A stretch of DNA of 64,000 bases from Balanoglossus misakiensis (lineage: Eukaryota; Animalia; Hemichordata): contig CM082584.2 in NCBI GenBank assembly GCA_040954595.2, forward strand, positions 8,633,146 through 8,697,145. The letters run 5' to 3'. The notes beneath the pieces were generated by a model. It was given only the letters and a program-made list of their open reading frames with translations, had not been told where the DNA came from and searched no databases. Positions within the stretch are counted from its first letter, which is position 1; each line of letters opens with the position of its first letter. This document shows positions 52,101-64,000 of this stretch, in pieces. The position numbers were made by a program, and so were the translations under genes.

Positions 52101-55100
52101 TTCGATTTTTGATAAAAACCATGGGTTATAGCTCATGAAAATCATCCGAAAATGACAATTTTTCGACTTCCCGGAATTTCAAAATTTCTTCGATTTTTGA
52201 TAAAAACCATGGGTTATAGCTCATGAAAATCATCCGAAAATGACAATTTTTCGACTTCCCGGAATTTCAAAATTTCTTCGATTTTTGATAAAAACCATGG
52301 GTTATAGCTCATGAAAATCATCCGAAAATGACAATTTTTCGACTTCCCGGAATTTCAAAATTTCTTCGATTTTTGATAAAAACCATGGGTTATAGCTCAT
52401 GAAAATCATCCGAAAATGACAATTTTTCGACTTCCCGGAATTTCAAAATTTCATCGATTTTCGACAAAAACCATGGGTTATAGCTCAGGAAATCGTCCAA
52501 AAATGACGATTTTTCGACTTCCCGCAATTTCAAAATTTCATCGATTTTCGACAAAAACCATGGGTTATAGCTCAGGAAATCGTCCAAAAATGACGATTTT
52601 TCGACTTCCCGGAATTTCAAAATTTCATCGATTTTCGACAAAAACCATGGGTTATAGCTCAGGAAATCATCCAAAAATGACGATTTTTCGACTTCCCGCA
52701 ATTTCAAAATTTCATCGATTTTCGAAAAAAATCATGGGTTATAGCTCATGAAAATCATCCAAAAATGACAATTTTTCGACTTTGCGAATTTACAAAATTT
52801 CTTCGATTTTTGAAGAAAATCATGGGTTATAGCTCATAAAAATCATCCAAAAATGAGAATTTTTCGACTTTGCGAATTTTCAAAATTTCTTCGATTTATG
52901 ATAAAAATCATGGGTTATAGCTCATGAAAATCATCCAAGAATGACAATTTTTCGACTTGGCTAATTTTCAAAATTTTTTCGATTTTTAATAAAAATCATG
53001 GGTTTTTTGATAAAAATCATGGGTTATAGCTCATGAAAATCATCCGAAAATGACAATTTTTCGACTTCCCGGAATTTCAAAATTTCTTCGATTTTTGATA
53101 AAATCCATGGGTTATAGCTCATGAAAATCATCCGAAAATGACAATTTTTCGACTTCCCGGAATTTCAAAATTTCTTCGATTTTTGATAAAAACCATGGGT
53201 TATAGCTCATGAAAATCATCCGAAAATGACAATTTTTCGACTTCCCGGAATTTCAAAATTTCTTCGATTTTTGATAAAAACCATGGGTTATAGCTCATGA
53301 AAATCATCCGAAAATGACAATTTTTCGACTTCCCGGAATTTCAAAATTTCTTCGATTTTTGATAAAAACCATGGGTTATAGCTCATGAAAATCATCCGAA
53401 AATGACAATTTTTCGACTTCCCGGAATTTCAAAATTTCTTCGATTTTTGATAAAAACCATGGGTTATAGCTCATGAAAATCATCCGAAAATGACAATTTT
53501 TCGACTTCCCGGAATTTCAAAATTTCTTCGATTTTTGATAAAAACCATGGGTTATAGCTCATGAAAATCATCCGAAAATGACAATTTTTCGACTTCCCGG
53601 AATTTCAAAATTTCTTCGATTTTTGATAAAAACCATGGGTTATAGCTCATGAAAATCATCCGAAAATGACAATTTTTCGACTTCCCGCAATTTCAAAATT
53701 TCTTCGATTTTTGATAAAAACCATGGGTTATAGCTCATGAAAATCATCCGAAAATGACAATTTTTCGACTTCCCGGAATTTCAAAATATCTTCGATTTTT
53801 GATAAAAACCATGGGTTATAGCTCATGAAAATCATCCGAAAATGACAATTTTTCGACTTCCCGGATTTTCAAAATTTCTTCGATTTTTGAGAAAAACCAT
53901 GGGTTATAGCTCATGAAAATCATCCGAAAATGACAATTTTTCGACTTCCCGGAATTTCAAAATTTCATCGATTTTCGACAAAAACCATGGGTTATAGCTC
54001 AGGAAATCGTCCGAAAATGACGATTTTTCGACTTCCCGGAATTTCAAAATTTCATCGATTTTCGACAAAAACCATGGGTTATAGCTCAGGAAATCGTCCA
54101 AAAATGACGTTTTTCGACTTCCCGGAATTTCAAAATTTCATCGATTTTCGACAAAAACCATGGGTTATAGCTCAGGAAATCGTCCAAAAATGACGATTTT
54201 TCGACTTCCCGGAATTTCAAAATTTCATCGATTTTCGACAAAAACCATGGGTTATAGCTCAGGAAATCGTCCAAAAATGACAATTTTTCGACTTCCCGGA
54301 ATTTCAAAATTTCATCGATTTTCGACAAAAACCATGGGTTATAGCTCAGGAAATCGTCCAAAAATGACAATTTTTCGACTTCCCGGAATTTCAAAATTTC
54401 ATCGATTTTCGACAAAAACCATGGGTTATAGCTCAGGAAATCGTCCAAAAATGACAATTTTTCGACTTCCCGGAATTTCAAAATTTCATCGATTTTCGAC
54501 AAAAACCATGGGTTATAGGTCAGGAAATCGTCCAAAAATGACAATTTTTCGACTTCCCGGAATTTCAAAATTTCATCGATTTTCGACAAAAACCATGGGT
54601 TATAGCTCAGGAAATCGTCCAAAAATGACGATTGTTCGACTTCCCGCAATTTCAAAATTTCATCGATTTTCGACAAAAACCATGGGTTATAGCTCAGGAA
54701 ATCGTCCAAAAATGACGATTTTTCGACTTCCCGCAATTTCAAAATTTCATCGATTTTCGACAAAAACCATGGGTTATAGCTCAGGAAATCGTCCAAAAAT
54801 GACGATTTTTCGACTTCCCGCAATTTCAAAATTTCATCGATTTTCGACAAAAACCATGGGTTATAGCTCAGGAAATCGTCCAAAAATGACGATTTTTCGA
54901 CTTCCCGGAATTTCAAAATTTCATCGATTTTCGACAAAAACCATGGGTTATAGCTCAGGAAATCGTCCAAAAATGACGATTTTTCGACTTCCCGCAATTT
55001 CAAAATTTCATCGATTTTCGACAAAAACCATGGGTTATAGCTCAGGAAATCGTCCAAAAATGACGATTTTTCGACTTCCCGCAATTTCAAAATTTCATCG

Positions 55101-58100
55101 ATTTTCGACAAAAACCATGGGTTATAGCTCAGGAAATCGTCCAAAAATGACGATTTTTCGACTTCCCGCAATTTCAAAATTTCATCGATTTTCGACAAAA
55201 ACCATGGGTTATAGCTCAGGAAATCGTCCAAAAATGACGATTTTTCGACTTCCCGTAATTTCAAAATTTCTTCGATTTTCGACAAAAACCATGGGTTATA
55301 GCTCAGGAAATCGTCCAAAAATGACGATTTTTCGACTTCCCGGAATTTCAAAATTTCATCGATTTTCGACAAAAACCATGGGTTATAGCTCAGGAAATCG
55401 TCCAAAAATGACGATTTTTCGACTTCCCGCAATTTCAAAATTTCATCGATTTTCGACAAAAACCATGGGTTATAGCTCAGGAAATCGTCCAAAAATGACG
55501 ATTTTTCGACTTCCCGCAATTTCAAAATTTCATCGATTTTCGACAAAAACCATGGGTTATAGCTCAGGAAATCGTCCAAAAATGACGATTTTTCGACTTC
55601 CCGCAATTTCAAAATTTCATCGATTTTCGACAAAAACCATGGGTTATAGCTCAGGAAATCGTCCAAAAATGACGATTTTTCGACTTCCCGGAATTTCAAA
55701 ATTTCATCGATTTTCGACAAAAACCATGGGTTATAGCTCAGGAAATCGTCCAAAAATGACGATTTTTCGACTTCCCGGAATTTCAAAATTTCATCGATTT
55801 TCGACAAAAACCATGGGTTATAGCTCAGGAAATCGTCCAAAAATGACGATTTTTCGACTTCCCGGAATTTCAAAATTTCATCGATTTTCGACAAAAACCA
55901 TGGGTTATAGCTCAGGAAATCGTCCAAAAATGACGATTTTTCGACTTCCCGGAATTTCAAAATTTCATCGATTTTCGACAAAAACCATGGGTTATAGCTC
56001 AGGAAATCGTCCAAAAATGACGATTTTTCGACTTCCCGCAATTTCAAAATTTCATCGATTTTCGACAAAAACCATGGGTTATAGCTCAGGAAATCGTCCA
56101 AAAATGGCGATTTTTCGACTTCCCGCAATTTCAAAATTTCATCGATTTTCGACAAAAACCATGGGTTATAGCTCAGGAAATCGTCCAAAAATGACGATTT
56201 TTCGACTTCCCGCAATTTCAAAATTTCATCGATTTTCGACAAAAACCATGGGTTATAATCTCAGGAAATCGTCCAAAAATGACGATTTTTCGACTTCCCG
56301 CAATTTCAAAATTTCATCGATTTTCGACAAAAACCATGGGTTATAGCTCAGGAAATCGTCCAAAAATGACGATTTTTCGACTTCCCGCAATTTCAAAATT
56401 TCATCGATTTTCGACAAAAACCATGGGTTATAGCTCAGGAAATCGTCCAAAAATGACGATTTTTCGACTTCCCGCAATTTCAAAATTTCATCGATTTTCG
56501 ACAAAAACCATGGGTTATAGCTCAGGAAATCGTCCAAAAATGACGATTTTTCGACTTCCCGGAATTTCAAAATTTCATCGATTTTCGACAAAAACCATGG
56601 GTTATAGCTCAGGAAATCGTCCAAAAATGACGATTTTTCGACTTCCCGGAATTTCAAAATTTCATCGATTTTCGACAAAAACCATGGGTTATAGCTCAGG
56701 AAATCGTCCAAAAATGACGATTTTTCGACTTCCCGGAATTTCAAAATTTCATCGATTTTCGACAAAAACCATGGGTTATAGCTCAGGAAATCGTCCAAAA
56801 ATGACGATTTTTCGACTTCCCGGAATTTCAAAATTTCATCGATTTTCGACAAAAACCATGGGTTATAGCTCAGGAAATCGTCCAAAAATGACGATTTTTC
56901 GACTTCCCGGAATTTCAAAATTTCATCGATTTTCGACAAAAACCATGGGTTATAGCTCAGGAAATCGTCCAAAAATGACGATTTTTCGACTTCCCGGAAT
57001 TTCAAAATTTCTTCGATTTTTGAGAAAAACCATGGGTTATAGCTCATGAAAATCATCCGAAAATGACAATTTTTCGACTTCCCGGAATTTCAAAATTTCA
57101 TCGATTTTCGACAAAAACCATGGGTTATAGCTCAGGAAATCGTCCAAAAATGACAATTTTTCGACTTCCCGGAATTTCAAAATTTCATCGATTTTCGACA
57201 AAAACCATGGGTTATAGCTCAGGAAATCGTCCAAAAATGACGATTTTTCGACTTCCCGGAATTTCAAAATTTCATCGATTTTCGACAAAAACCATGGGTT
57301 ATAGCTCAGGAAATCGTCCAAAAATGACGATTTTTCGACTTCCCGCAATTTCAAAATTTCATCGATTTTCGACAAAAACCATGGGTTATAGCTCAGGAAA
57401 TCGTCCAAAAATGACGATTTTTCGACTTCCCGCAATTTCAAAATTTCATCGATTTTCGACAAAAACCATGGGTTATAGCTCAGGAAATCGTCCAAAAATG
57501 ACGATTTTTCGACTTCCCGCAATTTCAAAATTTCATCGATTTTCGACAAAAACCATGGGTTATAGCTCAGGAAATCGTCCAAAAATGACGATTTTTCGAC
57601 TTCCCGCAATTTCAAAATTTCATCGATTTTCGACAAAAACCATGGGTTATAGCTCAGGAAATCGTCCAAAAATGACGATTTTTCGACTTCCCGCAATTTC
57701 AAAATTTCATCGATTTTCGACAAAAACCATGGGTTATAGCTCAGGAAATCGTCCAAAAATGACGATTTTTCGACTTCCCGCAATTTCAAAATTTCATCGA
57801 TTTTCGACAAAAACCATGGGTTATAGCTCAGGAAATCGTCCAAAAATGACGATTTTTCGACTTCCCGCAATTTCAAAATTTCATCGATTTTCGACAAAAA
57901 CCATGGGTTATAGCTCAGGAAATCGTCCAAAAATGACGATTTTTCGACTTCCCGTAATTTCAAAATTTCATCGATTTTCGACAAAAACCATGGGTTATAG
58001 CTCAGGAAATCGTCCAAAAATGACGATTTTTCGACTTCCCGGAATTTCAAAATTTCATCGATTTTCGACAAAAACCATGGGTTATAGCTCAGGAAATCGT

Positions 58101-61100
58101 CCAAAAATGACGATTTTTCGACTTCCCGCAATTTCAAAATTTCATCGATTTTCGACAAAAACCATGGGTTATAGCTCAGGAAATCGTCCAAAAATGACGA
58201 TTTTTCGACTTCCCGCAATTTCAAAATTTCATCGATTTTCGACAAAAACCATGGGTTATAGCTCAGGAAATCGTCCAAAAATGACGATTTTTCGACTTCC
58301 CGCAATTTCAAAATTTCATCGATTTTCGACAAAAACCATGGGTTATAGCTCAGGAAATCGTCCAAAAATGACGATTTTTCGACTTCCCGGAATTTCAAAA
58401 TTTCATCGATTTTCGACAAAAACCATGGGTTATAGCTCAGGAAATCGTCCAAAAATGACGATTTTTCGACTTCCCGCAATTTCAAAATTTCATCGATTTT
58501 CGACAAAAACCATGGGTTATAGCTCAGGAAATCGTCCAAAAATGACGATTTTTCGACTTCCCGGAATTTCAAAATTTCATCGATTTTCGACAAAAACCAT
58601 GGGTTATAGCTCAGGAAATCGTCCAAAAATGACGATTTTTCGACTTCCCGGAATTTCAAAATTTCATCGATTTTCGACAAAAACCATGGGTTATAGCTCA
58701 GGAAATCGTCCAAAAATGACGATTTTTCGACTTCCCGCAATTTCAAAATTTCATCGATTTTCGACAAAAACCATGGGTTATAGCTCAGGAAATCGTCCAA
58801 AAATGACGATTTTTCGACTTCCCGCAATTTCAAAATTTCATCGATTTTCGACAAAAACCATGGGTTATAGCTCAGGAAATCGTCCAAAAATGACGATTTT
58901 TCGACTTCCCGCAATTTCAAAATTTCATCGATTTTCGACAAAAACCATGGGTTATAGCTCAGGAAATCGTCCAAAAATGACGATTTTTCGACTTCCCGCA
59001 ATTTCAAAATTTCATCGATTTTCGACAAAAACCATGGGTTATAATCTCAGGAAATCGTCCAAAAATGACGATTTTTCGACTTCCCGCAATTTCAAAATTT
59101 CATCGATTTTCGACAAAAACCATGGGTTATAGCTCAGGAAATCGTCCAAAAATGACGATTTTTCGACTTCCCGCAATTTCAAAATTTCATCGATTTTCGA
59201 CAAAAACCATGGGTTATAGCTCAGGAAATCGTCCAAAAATGACGATTTTTCGACTTCCCGCAATTTCAAAATTTCATCGATTTTCGACAAAAACCATGGG
59301 TTATAGCTCAGGAAATCGTCCAAAAATGACGATTTTTCGACTTCCCGGAATTTCAAAATTTCATCGATTTTCGACAAAAACCATGGGTTATAGCTCAGGA
59401 AATCGTCCAAAAATGACGATTTTTCGACTTCCCGGAATTTCAAAATTTCATCGATTTTCGACAAAAACCATGGGTTATAGCTCAGGAAATCGTCCAAAAA
59501 TGACGATTTTTCGACTTCCCGGAATTTCAAAATTTCATCGATTTTCGACAAAAACCATGGGTTATAGCTCAGGAAATCGTCCAAAAATGACGATTTTTCG
59601 ACTTCCCGGAATTTCAAAATTTCATCGATTTTCGACAAAAACCATGGGTTATAGCTCAGGAAATCGTCCAAAAATGACGATTTTTCGACTTCCCGGAATT
59701 TCAAAATTTCATCGATTTTCGACAAAAACCATGGGTTATAGCTCAGGAAATCGTCCAAAAATGACGATTTTTCGACTTCCCGCAATTTCAAAATTTCATC
59801 GATTTTCGACAAAAACCATGGGTTATAGCTCAGGAAATCGTCCAAAAATGACGATTTTTCGACTTCCCGCAATTTCAAAATTTCATCGATTTTCGACAAA
59901 AACCATGGGTTATAGCTCAGGAAATCGTCCAAAAATGACGATTTTTCGACTTCCCGGAATTTCAAAATTTCATCGATTTTCGACAAAAACCATGGGTTAT
60001 AGCTCAGGAAATCGTCCAAAAATGACGATTTTTCGACTTCCCGGAATTTCAAAATTTCATCGATTTTCGACAAAAACCATGGGTTATAGCTCAGGAAATC
60101 GTCCAAAAATGACGATTTTTCGACTTCCCGGAATTTCAAAATTTCATCGATTTTCGACAAAAACCATGGGTTATAGCTCAGGAAATCGTCCAAAAATGAC
60201 GATTTTTCGACTTCCCGGAATTTCAAAATTTCATCGATTTTCGACAAAAACCATGGGTTATAGCTCAGGAAATCGTCCAAAAATGACGATTTTTCGACTT
60301 CCCGGAATTTCAAAATTTCATCGATTTTCGACAAAAACCATGGGTTATAGCTCAGGAAATCGTCCAAAAATGACGATTTTTCGACTTCCCGCAATTTCAA
60401 AATTTCATCGATTTTCGACAAAAACCATGGGTTATAGCTCAGGAAATCGTCCAAAAATGACGATTTTTCGACTTCCCGCAATTTCAAAATTTCATCGATT
60501 TTCGACAAAAACCATGGGTTATAGCTCAGGAAATCGTCCAAAAATGACGATTTTTCGACTTCCCGCAATTTCAAAATTTCATCGATTTTCGACAAAAACC
60601 ATGGGTTATAGCTCAGGAAATCGTCCAAAAATGACGATTTTTCGACTTCCCGCAATTTCAAAATTTCATCGATTTTCGACAAAAACCATGGGTTATAGCT
60701 CAGGAAATCGTCCAAAAATGACGATTTTTCGACTTCCCGCAATTTCAAAATTTCATCGATTTTCGACAAAAACCATGGGTTATAGCTCAGGAAATCGTCC
60801 AAAAATGACGATTTTTCGACTTCCCGGAATTTCAAAATTTCATCGATTTTCGACAAAAACCATGGGTTATAGCTCAGGAAATCGTCCAAAAATGACGATT
60901 TTTCGACTTCCCGCAATTTCAAAATTTCATCGATTTTCGACAAAAACCATGGGTTATAGCTCAGGAAATCGTCCAAAAATGACGATTTTTCGACTTCCCG
61001 CAATTTCAAAATTTCATCGATTTTCGACAAAAACCATGGGTTATAGCTCAGGAAATCGTCCAAAAATGACGATTTTTCGACTTCCCGCAATTTCAAAATT

Positions 61101-64000
61101 TCATCGATTTTCGACAAAAACCATGGGTTATAGCTCAGGAAATCGTCCAAAAATGACGATTTTTCGACTTCCCGCAATTTCAAAATTTCATCGATTTTCG
61201 ACAAAAACCATGGGTTATAGCTCAGGAAATCGTCCAAAAATGACGATTTTTCGACTTCCCGCAATTTCAAAATTTCATCGATTTTCGACAAAAACCATGG
61301 GTTATAGCTCAGGAAATCGTCCAAAAATGACGATTTTTCGACTTCCCGCAATTTCAAAATTTCATCGATTTTCGACAAAAACCATGGGTTATAGCTCAGG
61401 AAATCGTCCAAAAATGACGATTTTTCGACTTCCCGGAATTTCAAAATTTCATCGATTTTCGACAAAAACCATGGGTTATAGCTCAGGAAATCGTCCAAAA
61501 ATGACGATTTTTCGACTTCCCGCAATTTCAAAATTTCATCGATTTTCGACAAAAACCATGGGTTATAGCTCAGGAAATCGTCCAAAAATGACGATTTTTC
61601 GACTTCCCGCAATTTCAAAATTTCATCGATTTTCGACAAAAACCATGGGTTATAGCTCAGGAAATCGTCCAAAAATTACGATTTTTCGACTTCCCGGAAT
61701 TTCAAAATTTCATCGATTTTCGACAAAAACCATGGGTTATAGCTCAGGAAATCGTCCAAAAATGACGATTTTTCGACTTCCCGGAATTTCAAAATTTCAT
61801 CGATTTTCGACAAAAACCATGGGTTATAGCTCAGGAAATCGTCCAAAAATGACGATTTTTCGACTTCCCGCAATTTCAAAATTTCATCGATTTTCGACAA
61901 AAACCATGGGTTATAGCTCAGGAAATCGTCCAAAAATGACGATTTTTCGACTTCCCGCAATTTCAAAATTTCATCGATTTTCGACAAAAACCATGGGTTA
62001 TAGCTCAGGAAATCGTCCAAAAATGACGATTTTTCGACTTCCCGGAATTTCAAAATTTCATCGATTTTCGACAAAAACCATGGGTTATAGCTCAGGAAAT
62101 CGTCCAAAAATGACGATTTTTCGACTTCCCGCAATTTCAAAATTTCATCGATTTTCGACAAAAACCATGGGTTATAGCTCAGGAAATCGTCCAAAAATGA
62201 CGATTTTTCGACTTCCCGCAATTTCAAAATTTCATCGATTTTCGACAAAAACCATGGGTTATAGCTCAGGAAATCGTCCAAAAATGACGATTTTTCGACT
62301 TCCCGGAATTTCAAAATTTCATCGATTTTCGACAAAAACCATGGGTTATAGCTCAGGAAATCGTCCAAAAATGACGATTTTTCGACTTCCCGGAATTTCA
62401 AAATTTCATCGATTTTCGACAAAAACCATGGGTTATAGCTCAGGAAATCGTCCAAAAATGACGATTTTTCGACTTCCCGGAATTTCAAAATTTCATCGAT
62501 TTTCGACAAAAACCATGGGTTATAGCTCAGGAAATCGTCCAAAAATGACGATTTTTCGACTTCCCGGAATTTCAAAATTTCATCGATTTTCGACAAAAAC
62601 CATGGGTTATAGCTCAGGAAATCGTCCAAAAATGACGATTTTTCGACTTCCCGCAATTTCAAATTTTCATCGATTTTCGACAAAAACCATGGGTTATAGC
62701 TCAGGAAATCGTCCAAAAATGACGATTTTTCGACTTCCCGCAATTTCAAAATTTCATCGATTTTCGACAAAAACCATGGGTTATAGCTCAGGAAATCGTC
62801 CAAAAATGACGATTTTTCGACTTCCCGGAATTTCAAAATTTCATCGATTTTCGACAAAAACCATGGGTTATAGCTCAGGAAATCGTCCAAAAATGACGAT
62901 TTTTCGACTTCCCGGAATTTCAAAATTTCATCGATTTTCGACAAAAACCATGGGTTATAGCTCATGAAAATCGTCCGAAAATGACAATTTTTCGACTTCC
63001 CGGAATTTCAAAATTTCTTCGATTTTCGACAAAAACCATGGGTTATAGCTCAGGAAATCGTCCAAAAATGACAATTTTTCGACTTCCCGGAATTTCAAAA
63101 TTTCATCGATTTTCGACAAAAACCATGGGTTATAGCTCAGGAAATCGTCCAAAAATGACGATTTTTCGACTTCCCGGAATTTCAAAATTTCATCGATTTT
63201 CGACAAAAACCATGGGTTATAGCTCAGGAAATCGTCCAAAAATGACGATTTTTCGACTTCCCGGAATTTCAAAATTTCATCGATTTTCGACAAAAACCAT
63301 GGGTTATAGCTCAGGAAATCGTCCAAAAATGACGATTTTTCGACTTCCCGGAATTTCAAAATTTCATCGATTTTCGACAAAAACCATGGGTTATAGCTCA
63401 GGAAATCGTCCAAAAATGACGATTTTTCGACTTCCCGGAATTTCAAAATTTCATCGATTTTCGACAAAAACCATGGGTTATAGCTCAGGAAATCGTCCGA
63501 AAATGACGATTTTTCGACTTCCCGGAATTTCAAAATTTCATCGATTTTCGACAAAAACCATGGGTTATAGCTCAGGAAATCGTCCGAAAATGACGATTTT
63601 TCGACTTCCCGGAATTTCAAAATTTCATCGATTTTCGACAAAAACCATGGGTTATAGCTCAGGAAATCGTCCGAAAATGACAATTTTTCGACTTCCCGCA
63701 ATTTCAAAATTTCTTCGATTTTTGATAAAAACCATGGGTTATATAGCTCATGAAAATCATCCGAAAATGACAATTTTTCGACTTCCCGGAATTTCAAAAT
63801 TTCTTCGATTTTTGAAAAAAACCATGGGTTATATAGCTCATGAAAATCATCCGAAAATGACAATTTTTCGACTTCCCGGAATTTCAAAATTTCTTCGATT
63901 TTTGAGAAAAACCATGGGTTATAGCTCATGAAAATCATCCGAAAATGACAATTTTTCGACTTCCCGGAATTTCAAAATTTCTTCGATTTTTGAGAAAAAC
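49136..64000. repeat. Tandem satellite DNA, 87/88-bp monomer, about 170 units, running off the window end
   Basis: Main 87-bp unit: ccatgggttatagctcaggaaatcgtccaaaaatgacgatttttcgacttcccg(g/c)aatttcaaaatttcatcgattttcgacaaaaa. 88-bp variant: ccatgggttatagctcatgaaaatcatccgaaaatgacaatttttcgacttcccggaatttcaaaatttcttcgatttttgataaaaa. Units are degenerate at the left edge. Confidence 0.98.

Noticed and set aside
50623-63938. Very long ORFs on both strands (up to 1300 aa; MTIFRLPGISKFHRFSTKTMGYSSGNRPK and MSKIDEILKFREVEKSSFLDDFLSYNPWFL repeats)
   Set aside because: Artefact of an 87-bp (multiple of 3) satellite unit that happens to lack stops in one frame per strand. The frames break wherever an 86- or 88-bp unit occurs, there are no splice or promoter signals, and nucleotide identity shows no codon-position bias.
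49136-64000. CRISPR-like regular repeat array
   Set aside because: Units are contiguous near-identical monomers with no unique spacers, no cas genes are present, and the context is eukaryotic.

Overview
Intron-rich animal genomic DNA with GT-AG introns, probably an invertebrate deuterostome; the species cannot be determined from the sequence. Layout: about 8.6 kb with no recognisable exons, then three + strand phosphotyrosine-signalling genes, then a satellite. (1) An 11-exon FYB/ADAP-family adaptor (8656-17386, about 579 aa): Pro-rich, six acidic Tyr motifs, a coiled coil and one helically extended SH3. (2) A 36-exon receptor tyrosine phosphatase (19224-34578, about 1800 aa). Its ectodomain is Tie/angiopoietin-receptor-like (Ig-Ig-EGFx3-FN3 repeats), but its cytoplasmic part is a tandem D1/D2 phosphatase ending in YANFK rather than a kinase. 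(3) A second tandem-domain PTP (43432 to at least 48950) with an N-terminal membrane anchor and almost no ectodomain; its last exons are not in the window. An 87/88-bp tandem satellite of about 170 units fills 49136-64000, starting in the intron that splits that gene's D2 signature motif; about half of its units carry TTCCCGGAA, a consensus STAT/GAS site. Small TTAA-flanked MITEs, two long hairpins and several microsatellites are also present. All exon structures were derived by hand from splice signals and frame continuity, and homologies are from recalled family sequences, not database searches.
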